DNA of 64,000 bases. Source: Rebecca billardiae RCC1528. Taxonomy: Eukaryota; Protista; Haptophyta. Positions 44,746 through 55,968 of the stretch are shown here, piece by piece. The stretch covers positions 744,001-808,000 of the forward strand of contig OZ251224.1 of the NCBI GenBank assembly GCA_965240325.2, in the 5' to 3' direction. Every line of letters starts with the position of its first letter. Position 1 is the stretch's first letter. The position numbers and the translations under genes are program-made. The notes beneath the pieces are model-generated. The model had not been told where the DNA came from. It made no database searches and saw nothing but the letters and a program-made list of their open reading frames with translations.

Positions 44746-46135
44746 AATATATATATGGTTCATGGACTGCTACGGGGTCGAGCAAAATATCATCGATATT
44801 CATCAGGCGCACGTGTGCGTATTCATCATCAGCCTTCGGGAATTGGGAGTAGCTATTGGCCTTTTGCCCTCTGGCGAGCCAGTTGTGCGCACTTTAAGAG
44901 CAGGCCTGAGCAGGCTCGAGGCCACTTTTTTGCCGCTCACGTGGACATGATGCCGAGCACGTCTCACGAGGTGCGCGCGGCGAGTGGCGTCTGGAGCGCG
45001 CGGCTGTGGTGGGCCCCGACGGCCGTCGACATCGCGTTCGTGCCCCGCTCACTCTGAACTCCGCGCGCCCCCGCCGCCCTATCGATCGATCATCGATGCC
45101 TGCGCGCGGAATCGTGCACCGCGCGTGCCGCCCGCGACCGGCCGCGGCAGGCCCGAGCCGCCCTTTCGGGCTCTCGCAAGCACGGGGGCAGCGGCGCCTG
45201 ATGGCGGACTGATCGACATCTGAGTCTCCGACTTCACCGTGGACGCGCCCCCCTCGTCATGCCTTCCCGGGGTCTCCCACGGAAGACGGACTAACCGAGC
45301 AGGCGACGGTACTGTCTGTACGCTGCCGTGACACACGGCGCCTGGGCAGCGGGCAGTGGTGGCGGGGTCCCGCGGACGTCAGTCTTCCCCTCGCGCCCTG
45401 CTCACCTCGAGTGCGCCGCCACGCGCCTCCGCACGCGTGTCCCATCGATGCGCAGAGCGGCATGCTTGCATGAAAGTTGAAATGGCTGGGTCATCAGCCC
45501 GCGCCGGCAAGTCTGTCTAGCGCTGGACGGACGGACATAGGAGGACGAGCAGCGCGGGCGACGGTGGTGCGCGACGCTCCCAGAGCTGGCCGTGCCTCTG
45601 CGACGCGTGCCGAGCCTGACCGAGGTGTGTCACCCGGTCCACGCGCGGCGCGCGCGAAGGCACCGGTGCTGTGGCTGCTCGGCTCGAATCCGCGGCCTCG
45701 CCTCGCACCGCGGCACCGTGCTCCCTGGCTGTCAGCTCCGCGTGGCCTGGCGTGCACGTAGAGTTGCGCTCATGCGTCGATCACGCCTCGCGCCCGCCTG
45801 TCGGCCGTCGCGCAGGCGCTGGTCGAACCCTACTCGGACCAGTGCAAATCATCTATCCCGTGGCCGCTGCCGGCGCGCGGTGACGGGACAGCGCGGTCAG
45901 CAGCAGGCGCAGCGGCCCGAACGAATCCGCGGCCCCGCACCGTGCTCCCTGGCTGTCTGCTCCGCGTGGCCTGGCGTGCACGTGGAGTCGCGCTCATGCG
46001 TCGATCACGCCTCGTCGCATCCGCCTGTACACAATATCGGCGCCGCGGCGGCGGCTGCGACTGGGCCCGCCCGGCCCCGGGCGCCCCGGCGGCCCGGCGC
46101 GGCCGAGGCGGCGGCGCGCCGCTGGAGTCTACTGC

Positions 46136-46235
46136 TACAGTTTACTAAGAATAGGAGACGCACACAGCTCAGGCAGGCGAGATTGACGCCCGCCAGCTGT
46201 CACCGCCCATGAAGCCGTCGCCGATGGTAGCGCCG
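46136..46235 (-). repeat. Short dispersed repeat, copy 4 (nested in transposon copy 3)
   Basis: TA-CAGTTTACTAAGAATAGGAGACGCACACAGCTCAGGCAGGCGAG... Confidence 0.9.
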
Positions 46236-47239
46236 CCGGAAAAAAATCGTTACATCAGTAGTTGTACGGGCATGCCAACCGTGCCATTACTGGTCTCACT
46301 CTCAGCCTCAGGTCTGTCCGAATCGGACAATAGTGAAATTGAATAGAGTTAGACGACTGCGCGACGGAGGGTGCACCGCCACCGCGGGCCCCGAACTACG
46401 TTCGTTCTACGGAAAAGGACCGCGGAACGCGGTCATAAATACGGATAGTTATAATAATCGGCGTCATCAGGCACTCGTCGCGGGCCTGGCCCGATGACTA
46501 GGGCTCAAGCCAAAGCTCAGGTGGCGCACGACAGCCAGCTGCCAACGGAGAAGATGCTGTTCTCAGCGCCCAGTCACTTCGAATCAATTGCGTCAAACCA
46601 CTTCTCAGAGATCTCATCGGTGAACTCGAAGACCACCTCGCCCAGGCGCATGTCCAGTGATTGCATCTCACCTGCGTCGTTGGTTCTGGATGCAAGCTGT
46701 CCGGATGACCAGGTGAATGCTCTCCCGAGCCAATCGCGCCAGCTGCCATCACGTGGAGTTGCTGTGCCACTGCTGCTTGGCGTTTCGGGCGCTCGTTGCT
46801 TCTCCATCACGCGTGCCGCCTTGTGAACAGGCACGCAGCTTTTCAGGAAGCGCGGGCTACCGGTACGATCGGAGCCAAAGGGGCGGCCACTCAGGAAGTG
46901 GTTGAGAGCAGCGCACGCGTGCACGATACTCGCTCGTAGCGCACGCGATGCAAGGCTCGTTCGCGGTGCAGGCTCGAGGCCGTTGACGCCCATGCGGCAT
47001 TGGCCTCGACCCGGACTTCTCGGGAAGTTCATGCTCGGAAGTCCCACAGCGCAGGGCAGTCACTACAAAAAATCCCCGCCAGCGGAGCATCGGGCAAGAC
47101 CCAGACCCTCCGCCGGCGGAGATTTTTGTGGCCACGAAAAATCCCCGCTGGCGGAGCATGGAATGCTCCGCTGGCGGAGCCTGGGCTTGCAGGATTGACA
47201 CAACAAACTAGTTACCAGAAGTCTGTCAACCACCGAACA

Positions 47240-48758
47240 GCAGTCACCTCCGCTGGCGGAGCTCGCTAATGAGCCGTGCCTTTTGTAAACTAATACACTT
47301 GGCCGACTTGAACTGAGCTCCGCTGGCGGAGCTTCGGGGGCGCCGAATGCCATTCTTGATGACCCACCTGACTTGAACTGAGCTCCGCTGGCGGAGCGTC
47401 GGTGGTCAGCGCCGTGTGTCATATTGGAGAAATAATGCTAAGCCTTTCAACGCATTCATACTCTGCTGTGCCACACATTCAACCTCCGCTGGCGGAGCTC
47501 ACTGGCCTATTCGACTTGAACTGAGCTCCACTGGTGGAGCCTCGGCTGCGCCGAATGTCCTTAATCGATGACCCACTCTCGACTTGAGCTGAGCTCCCCT
47601 GGCGGAGCTTTGGTGGCGCCGCATGTCATGTTGGAGTAACGCGGAAGCGTCAACCGTAGTCATATCTATATTGATACTCAACCTCCGCTGGCGGAGCTCG
47701 CGTACCTACTAGTATTCAACTTTAACTGAGCTCCGCTGGCGGAGCCTCGGCTGTGTCGAATGTCCTTATCGATGGCCCACTTCTTGACTTGTCACTTGAT
47801 GAGCTGAGCTCCGCTGGCGGAGCTTTGGTGGCGCCGCATGTCATATTGGAGTAATGATGCGAAGTCGTTAACCGTAATCATATCCATATATATCGACACT
47901 CAACCTCCGCTGGCGGAGCTCACGGACCTATTCGACTTGAACTGAGCTCCGCTGGCGGAGCCTAGGGCTGTGTCGAATGTCCTTATCGATGGCCCACATC
48001 TTGACTTGAGCTGAGCTCCGCTGGCGGAGCTTTGGTGGCGCCGCATGTCATATTGGAGTAATGCGAAATCGTCAACAGCAATCATATCCATATTGGCACT
48101 CAACCTCCGCTGGCGGAGCTTGCTGACCTATTCGACTTGAACTGAGCTCCGCTGGCGGAGCCTCGGCTGCGCCGAATGTCCTTATCGATGGCTCACTTGA
48201 CTTGAGCTGAGCTCCGCTGGCGGAGCTTTGGTGGCGCCGCATGTCATATTGGAGTAATGCAACGCCGTTAACTACTACCGTAATCATATCCATATTGACA
48301 CTCAACCTCCGCTGGCGGAGCTCGCGGGCCTATTCAACTTGAACTGAGCTCCGCTGGCGGAGCCTCGGGCTGTGTCGAATGTCCTTATCGATGGCCCACA
48401 TCTTGACTTGAGCTGAGCTCCGCTGGCGGAGCTTTGGTGGCGCCGCATGTCATATTGGAGTAATGCGAAATCGTCAACAGCAATCATATCCATATTGGCA
48501 CTCAACCTCCGCTGGCGGAGCTTGCTGACCTATTCGACTTGAACTGAGCTCCGCTGGCGGAGCCTCGGCTGCGCCGAATGTCCTTATCGATGGCCCACTT
48601 GACTTGAGCTGAGCTCCGCTGGCGGAGCTTTGGTGGCGCCGAATGTCATATTGGAGTAATGCGAAGTCGTTAACCGTAATACTATCCATATTGACACTCA
48701 ACCTCCACTGGCGGAGCTCGCGGACGTATTCAACTTGAACTGAGCTCCGCTGGCGGAG
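47240..48758 (-). repeat. Left subterminal array, ~200-bp unit with three hairpin cores
   Basis: CTCCGCTGGCGGAG cores at about 92/68/42-bp spacing; 402-bp higher-order duplication (47900 vs 48302). Confidence 0.93.
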
Positions 48759-49399
48759 TCTCTGCTTGTGGTTTGCTGCAATTGGGGCTGGGCAGCCTGG
48801 GCTCAGCATGGGGCAGCTGTTCACAGCCCAGGCGGGGCGTCACCGCCTGTGAGCCGTCGGTGGGCAGGGCCGACGGCGTCGCAGAGCTCATGCGTGGGAG
48901 CAGCGCGTCGAGGAAGCGATCAAGGTCGAGAAGGAAGGGGCAAGCAGCAGGGGCTGCCTGTACGTTTGTACATGCCTCCACACCGGTGCACATCACCCTT
49001 GCTCACTGCAGTCGTGAACAGTGCTGCCACTCATCTCATCATCGCTCACCATGCAGTGACGGCCGAGCTGCGGCGAACTCTCACAGGCACCGAACACGCA
49101 TCGGCTGTACCCGCTGGTGCTGGCATGCGCTGTCCTCTACTTGCTGTCGGACAGCAAGGAGACGGCACAGCCGCATCTGCGAGCGGGCGAGGTGATGCTG
49201 TCCAGTGTCCTCTGCTCAGCGAGGCCGAGAGGCTAAGCACGGATCACGGATAGTGAGCCCTGGTATCTCAACGCATCCAGGAGAGCAGTTGGTGCATGCC
49301 TGTGCTCAGACGTGCAGGACCAACCATCCGGTGCTGATTCAAGCACCCGCGCCAACAGCGGCGGCACTCAACTCCACGCTGCTGATGCGGCCGCACAGC

Positions 49400-50866
49400 T
49401 GCAGGGATGGTACCACGGCGGGCGACGGCGGGCGCTGCAGCTGGCAGCTCGGTGGTGCCTGCCCGAGGGGCCTGGGCGCCGGGCGCACCGAGCGCGATGA
49501 CGCCTCTCGCATCGCCCAGCGCGCTGGAGCCGCTGTCATCCGACGCTGCTGTGCCCGCGCCCAGCTTGGGCTGCAGCAGCTGCGCTCGACTCCGCGCCGA
49601 GTGCGGCGGCAGCAGAGGGGATGGTGCCACCGCGGGCTGCGGCAGGCGCTGCAGCTGGCAGCTCGGTGGTGCGCGCCCGAGGGGCCTGGGCGCTGGGCGC
49701 AGCGAGCGCGGTGACGTTGCTCGCCTCGCCCAGCGCGCTGGAGCCGCTGCCACCGGGCGCTGCTGTGCCCGCGTCGAGCGTGGGCTGCCGCAGCTGCGCT
49801 CGACTCCGCGCCGAGTGCGGTGGCAGCAGGGATGTTGCCACGTCGGGCGGCGGCTATCACTTTGGCTGGCAGCTCGGTGGTGCCTGCCCGAGGGGCCTGG
49901 GCGGTGGACGCACCGAGCGCGATGACGTTGCTCGCCTCGCCCAGCGCGCTGGAGCCGCTGCCATCCGGCGCTGCGGTGTCCGCGCCCAGCCGGAGTAGCA
50001 CGAGGTGCGTTCGACTCCGCACCCGTGCGGCGGCAGCAGCAGGGGTGGTACCACGGCGCGAGCGGCGGCAGTCGCTGCAGCTGGTAGCTCGGCGGTGCCT
50101 ACCCGAGGGACCTGGGCGACGGACGCGTCGAGCGAGCTGACGCCCCTCGCTCCCCCTATCACGCTCGAGCCGCTGCCATTTGATGCTGCTGCGCCGTTCG
50201 GGCAGCTGCAGACTCTGCGCAGTCTGCGCTCGACTCCACGCCGCGTGCGGCCGCAGGCAGCAGCAGCAGCGGGCCCGAGGGGCCTGGGTCACGGACGCAC
50301 CGAGCACAGTGACGCCTCTCGCCTCGCCCAGCGCGCTGGAGCCGCTGCCACCGGGCGCTGCTGCGCCCGCGTCCAGCTTGGGCTGCAGCAGGCCGCTCAA
50401 TCAACTTCACGCCGAGTGCGGCGGCAGCAGCAGGGATGTTGCCACGGCGGGCGGCGGCTATCACTTTGGCTGGCAGCTCGGTGGTGCCTGCCCGAGGGGC
50501 CTGGGTGGTGGACGCACCGAGCGCGGTGACGTTGCTCGCCTCGCCCAGCGCGCTGGAGCCGCTGCCATCCGGCGCTGCGGTGTCCGCGCCCAGCCGGAGC
50601 AGCACGAGATGCGCTCGACTCCGCACCCGTGCGGCGGCAGCAGCAGGGATTGTACCACGGCGAGCGGCGGCAGTCGCTGCAGCTGGTAGCTCGGCGGTGC
50701 CTGCCCAAGGGACCTGGGCGACGGACGCGCCGAGCGAGCTGACGCCCCTCGCTTCCCCTATCACGCTCGAGCCGCTGCCATTTGATGCTGCTGAACCGTT
50801 CGGGCAGCTGCGGACTCTGCGCTCGACTCCACGCCGCGTGCGGCCGCAGGCAGCAGCAGCAGCAGG
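49400..50866. repeat. Internal GC-rich tandem repeat (~190-210 bp units, ~602-bp higher order)
   Basis: Recurrent GCTGGCAGCTCGGTGGTGCCTGCCCGAGGGGCCTGGG..CGCCCAGCGCGCTGGAGCCGCTG; mirrored at 51700-52635. Confidence 0.88.
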
Positions 50867-53270
50867 CTGGTAATTAACAGCTGCTGCTCAGATCTCCGTG
50901 ACTGCTCGGTTGCTGCGTATGAGCCAGGTGAGTGAGCCGCTGAGTCGCAGGGGCCGCGTGAATTATGACTTGCGACCGCACGCACGCCGGTATATAGGCT
51001 TAAGACGGCGTACGTCCGAGTCCCGATCAGCAGCGCAGGAGTTTTGAGAACGCGGTGACGAGTCACACGCAGCTACTCTTATTATGATGGCGCTATACTT
51101 TTTTCTGTACGTAGTGGTAGTAAGTTACGACTACGCTGCCGGCCTCGCCCTCAGCATTACATTGACGGCGTATGGTAGCGCAGGTCCGCCTGATGACCGT
51201 TTTATTGCGCATCTTCATGATGATGACGATATGACGATAACGACTCCTCCGACTCCTGAGTCACATAAGTGTGACACCGCCACTGGATGACACGGGCTAC
51301 TTACGTACTCAGCTCAGATCATGCGCGCCTGCTACTCGTAGTCGGGCTCCGGTCAGCGGGGAGCGCGCGGCGCATCATCATCATCAGTCGCTATCTGATG
51401 CATATCCGTGGCGCAGCGATGTCGTAGTACTGATGATGCGTGCGCTGAGATCTGGGCCGCGGCACTTCGGCGCGCCTTGCTCGGCCTCACCGACGCCGGG
51501 CCGTACTTGTTCGCGCGCCCGGCGCCGGGCTAGCTCAAAGAGCTGACCGCAGCGGCTCCCGTGCCCCGGAAGGCCTGCGGCCCTCACAGGTCATTGGCAG
51601 GCAGCAGTGTCCGGGGCTGAGGCCTGCCGGGTTCTCCCCGATTCGAATTCACCAATGTGACCGATGGTACCGCCTGCTGCCGTCAGCCGGCGGAAGAAGT
51701 GTCACAACGGCTGCTGCTGGCCAGCATATCGGACGCGTGCATCGGCGTCACCGCATTGGGCGCGTCTGCCGCCCAGGCCCCTCGCGCGCACACAACCGAG
51801 CTGATCGCTGCATCCACCTCCGCCGCCGCCAGTGGCGCCTTCCCTGCTGCTGCAGCCACACTCGGCGCGAGTCGAGCGCAGCTGCTGCTGCCTAGGCCGG
51901 TCACGCCCCTCGGGCGCGCACCACCGAGCTGCCAGCTGCATCGACCGCCACCACCCGCCGAGGCATCATCCCTCCCACTGGCGCGGAGTCGAGCGCAGCT
52001 GCCAGCTGTGACAGCTAGCTGCCCCGGCGGGGCGCGGAGCCGCGGACACCGCAGCGCCGGATGGCAGCGGCTCCAGCGCGCTGGGCGAGGCGAGCAACGT
52101 CATCGCGCTCGGTGCGTCCACCGCCCAGGCCCCTCGGACAGGCACCACCGAGCTGCCAGCCAAAGTGATAGCCGCCGCCCGCGTGGTACCATCCCTGCTG
52201 CTGCCGCCGCACTCGGCGAGGAGTTGAGTGCAGCTGCGGCAGCCCAAGCTGGGCGCGGGCAGCGCAGCGCGCGATGGCAGCGGCTCCAGCGCGCTGGGCG
52301 AGGCGAGCAGCGTCACCGCGCTCGCTGCGCCCAGCGCCCAGGCCCATCGGGCGCGCACCACCGAGCTGCCAGCTGCAGCGCCTGCCGCAGCCCGCGGTGG
52401 CACCAAGTCCCCGCTGCTGCCGCCGCACTCGGCGCGGAGTCGAGCGCAGCTGCTGCAGCCCAAGCTGGGCGCGGGCACAGCAGCGTCGGATGACAGCGGC
52501 TCCAGCGCGCTGGGCGATGCGAGAGGCGTCATCGCGCTCGGTGCGCCCGGCGCCCAGGCCCCTCGGGCAGGCACCACCGAGCTGCCAGCTGCAGCGCCCG
52601 CCGTCGCCCGCCGTGGTACCATCCCTGCAGCTGTGCGGCCGCATCAGCAGCGTGGAGTTGAGTGCCGCCGCTGTTGGCGCGGGTGCTTGAATCAGCACCG
52701 GATGGTTGGTCCTGCACGTCTGAGCACAGGCATGCACCAACTGCTCTCCTGGATGCGTTGAGATACCAGGGCTCACTATCCGTGATCCGTGCTCAGCCTC
52801 TCAGCCTCGCTGAGCAGAGGACACTGGACAGCATCACCTCGCCCGCTCGCAGATGCGGCTGTGCCGTCTCCTTGCTGTCCGACAGCAAGTAGAGGACAGC
52901 GCATGCCAGCACCAGCGGGCACAGCCGATGCGTGTTCGGTGCCTGTGAGAGTTCGCCGCAGCTCGGCCGTCACTGCATGGTGAGCGATGAGGAGATGAGT
53001 GGCAGCACTGTTCACGACTGCAGTGAGCAAGGGTGATGTGCACCGGTGTGGAGGCATGTACAAACGTACAGGCAGCCCCTGCTGCTTGCCCCTTCCTTCT
53101 CGACCTTGATCGCTTCCTCGACGCGCTGCTCCCACGCATGAGCTCTGCGACGCCGTCGGCCCTGCCCACCGACGGCTCACAGGCGGTGACGCCCCGCCTG
53201 GGCTGTGAACAGCTGCCCCATGCTGAGCCCAGGCTGCCCAGCCCCAATTGCAGCAAACCACAAGCAGAGA

Positions 53271-55762
53271 CTTCCGCCAGCGGAGCTCAGTTCAAGTTGA
53301 ATACGTCCGTGAGCTCCGCCAGCGGAGGTTGAGTGTCAATATGGATATAGTATTACGGTTAACGACTTCGCATTACTCCAATATGACATTCGGCGCCACC
53401 AAAGCTCCGCCAGCGGAGCTCAGCTCAAGTCAAGTCGTGGGCCATCGATAAAGACATTCGGCGCAGCCGAGGCTCCGCCAGCGGAGCTCAGTTCAAGTTG
53501 AATAGGCCCGCGAGCTCCGCCAGCGGAGGTTGAGTGTCAATATGGATATGATTACGGTAGTTAACGGCGTTGCATTACTCCAATATGACATGCGGCGCCA
53601 CCAAAGCTCCGCCAGCGGAGCTCAGCTCAAGTCAAGTCGTGGGCCATCGATAAAGACATTCAGCGCAGCCGAGGCTCCGCCAGCGGAGCTCAGTTCAAGT
53701 TGAATAGGCCCGCGAGCTCCGCCAGCGGAGGTTGAGTGTCAATATGGATATGATTACGGTAGTTAACGGCTTTGCATTACTCCAATATGACATGCGGCGC
53801 CAGCAAAGCTCCGCCAGCGGAGCTCAGCTCAAGTCAAGACGTGGGCCATCGATAAGGACATTCGGCGGAGCCGAGGCTCCGCCAGCGGAGCTCAGTTCAA
53901 GTCGAATAGGCCAGTGAGCTCCGCCAGCTGAGGTTGAGTATCAATATGGATATGATTACGGTTGACGGCTTCGCATTACTCCAATATGACATGCGGCGCC
54001 ACCAAAGCTCCGCCAGCGGAGCTCAGCTCAAGTCGAATAGGTCAGTGAGCTCGGCCAGCGGAGGTTGAGTGTCAATATGGATATGATTATGGTTAACGGC
54101 TTCACATTATTCCCATAAATGGCATGCGGCGCCACCAAAGCTCCGCCAGCGGAGCTCAGCTCAAGTCAAGACGTCGGCCATCGATAAGGACATTCGACAC
54201 AGCCCGAGGCTCCGCCAGCGGAGCTCAGTTAAAGTTGAATACTAGTAGGTCGTCCGCGAGCTCCGCCAGCGGAGGTTGAGTCTCAATATAGATATGACTA
54301 CGGTTGACGCTTCCGCTTTACTCCAATATGACATGCGGCGCCACCAAAGCTCCGCCAGGGGAGCTCAGCTCAAGTCGAGAGTGGGTCATCGATTAAGGAC
54401 ATTCGGCGCAGCCGAGGCTCCACCAGTGGAGCTCAGTTCAAGTCGAATAGGCCAGTGAGCTCCGCCAGCGGAGGTTGAATGTGTGGCACAGCAGAGTATG
54501 AATGCGTTGAAAGGCTTAGCATTATTTCTCCGATATGACACACGGCGCTCAAGTTGAATAGGCCCGCGAGCTCCGCCAGCGGAGGTTGAGTGTCAATATG
54601 GATATGATTACGGTAGTTAACGGCGTTGCATTACTCCAATATGACATGCGGCGCCACCAAAGCTCCGCCAGCGGAGCTCAGCTCAAGTCAAGTGGGCCAT
54701 CGATCAGGACATTCGGCGCAGCCGAGGCTCCGCCAGCGGAGCTCAGTTCAAGTTGAATAGGCCCGCGAGCTCCGCCAGCGGAGGTTGAGTGTCAATATGG
54801 ATATGATTACGGTAGTTAACGGCTTTGCATTACTCCAATATGACATGCGGCGCCAGCAAAGCTCCGCCAGCGGAGCTCAGCTCAAGTCAAGACGTGGGCC
54901 ATCGATAAGGACATTCGGCGGAGCCGAGGCTCCGCCAGCGGAGCTCAGTTCAAGTCGAATAGGCCAGTGAGCTCCGCCAGCTGAGGTTGAGTATCAATAT
55001 GGATATGATTACGGTTGACGGCTTCGCATTACTCCAATATGACATGCGGCGCCACCAAAGCTCCGCCAGCGGAGCTCAGCTCAAGTCGAATAGGTCAGTG
55101 AGCTCGGCCAGCGGAGGTTGAGTGTCAATATGGATATGATTATGGTTAACGGCTTCACATTATTCCCATAAATGGCATGCGGCGCCACCAAAGCTCCGCC
55201 AGCGGAGCTCAGCTCAAGTCAAGACGTCGGCCATCGATAAGGACATTCGACACAGCCCGAGGCTCCGCCAGCGGAGCTCAGTTAAAGTTGAATACTAGTA
55301 GGTCGTCCGCGAGCTCCGCCAGCGGAGGTTGAGTCTCAATATAGATATGACTACGGTTGACGCTTCCGCTTTACTCCAATATGACATGCGGCGCCACCAA
55401 AGCTCCGCCAGGGGAGCTCAGCTCAAGTCGAGAGTGGGTCATCGATTAAGGACATTCGGCGCAGCCGAGGCTCCACCAGTGGAGCTCAGTTCAAGTCGAA
55501 TAGGCCAGTGAGCTCCGCCAGCGGAGGTTGAATGTGTGGCACAGCAGAGTATGAATGCGTTGAAAGGCTTAGCATTATTTCTCCGATATGACACACGGCG
55601 CTGACCACCGACGCTCCGCCAGCGGAGCTCAGTTCAAGTCAGGTGGGTCATCAAGAATGGCATTCGGCGCCCCCGAAGCTCCGCCAGCGGAGCTCAGTTC
55701 AAGTGCCGAGTGTATTAGTTTACAAAAGGCACGGCTCATTAGCGAGCTCCGCCAGCGGAGGT
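53271..55762 (+). repeat. Right subterminal array, ~200-bp unit, containing a 1053-bp tandem duplication
   Basis: Unit period is 201-202 bp; identical ORFs at 53732/54785 and 54276/55329 are offset by 1053 bp. Confidence 0.93.
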
Positions 55763-55968
55763 GACTGCTGTTCGGTGGTTGACAGACTTCTGGTACCATA
55801 ATAACTAGTTTGTTGTGTAGTCATTCCTGCAAGCCCAGGCTCCGCCAGCGGAGCATTTCATGCTCCGCCAGCGGGGATTTTTCGTGGCCACAAAAATCTC
55901 CGCCGGCGGAGGGTCTGGGCCCCTTGCCCGGATGCTCCGCTGGCGGAGACTTTTTGTAGTGACTCTTC

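Larger units (their letters stand above)
44176..46434 (-). mobile_element. AT-TSD transposon, copy 3 (longer, different interior)
   Basis: AT|GGCCCGCGGTG...CGCGGAACGCGGTC|AT. Shares about 200 bp at one end and about 65 bp at the other with copies 1 and 2. Confidence 0.7.
47061..55961. mobile_element. Non-autonomous CACTA (EnSpm)-type element with foldback (giant inverted repeat) structure
   Basis: Termini CACTACAAAAA ... TTTTTGTAGTG, with subterminal arrays of CTCCGCCAGCGGAG. Arms 47061-~49984 and ~52041-55961 are inverted copies. No transposase recognised. Confidence 0.85.

Noticed and set aside
48730-53332. ORFs inside the palindrome (GSGSSALGEAS.. repeats) as transposase or TnpA
   Set aside because: Low-complexity, frameshifted between units, with no DDE or Tnp2 motifs; they appear on both strands only because of the inverted repeat.
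47240-55762. CRISPR-like array (palindromic repeats at regular spacing)
   Set aside because: The spacers are not unique: three spacer types recur cyclically. There are no cas genes, the context is eukaryotic, and the arrays abut CACTA termini.
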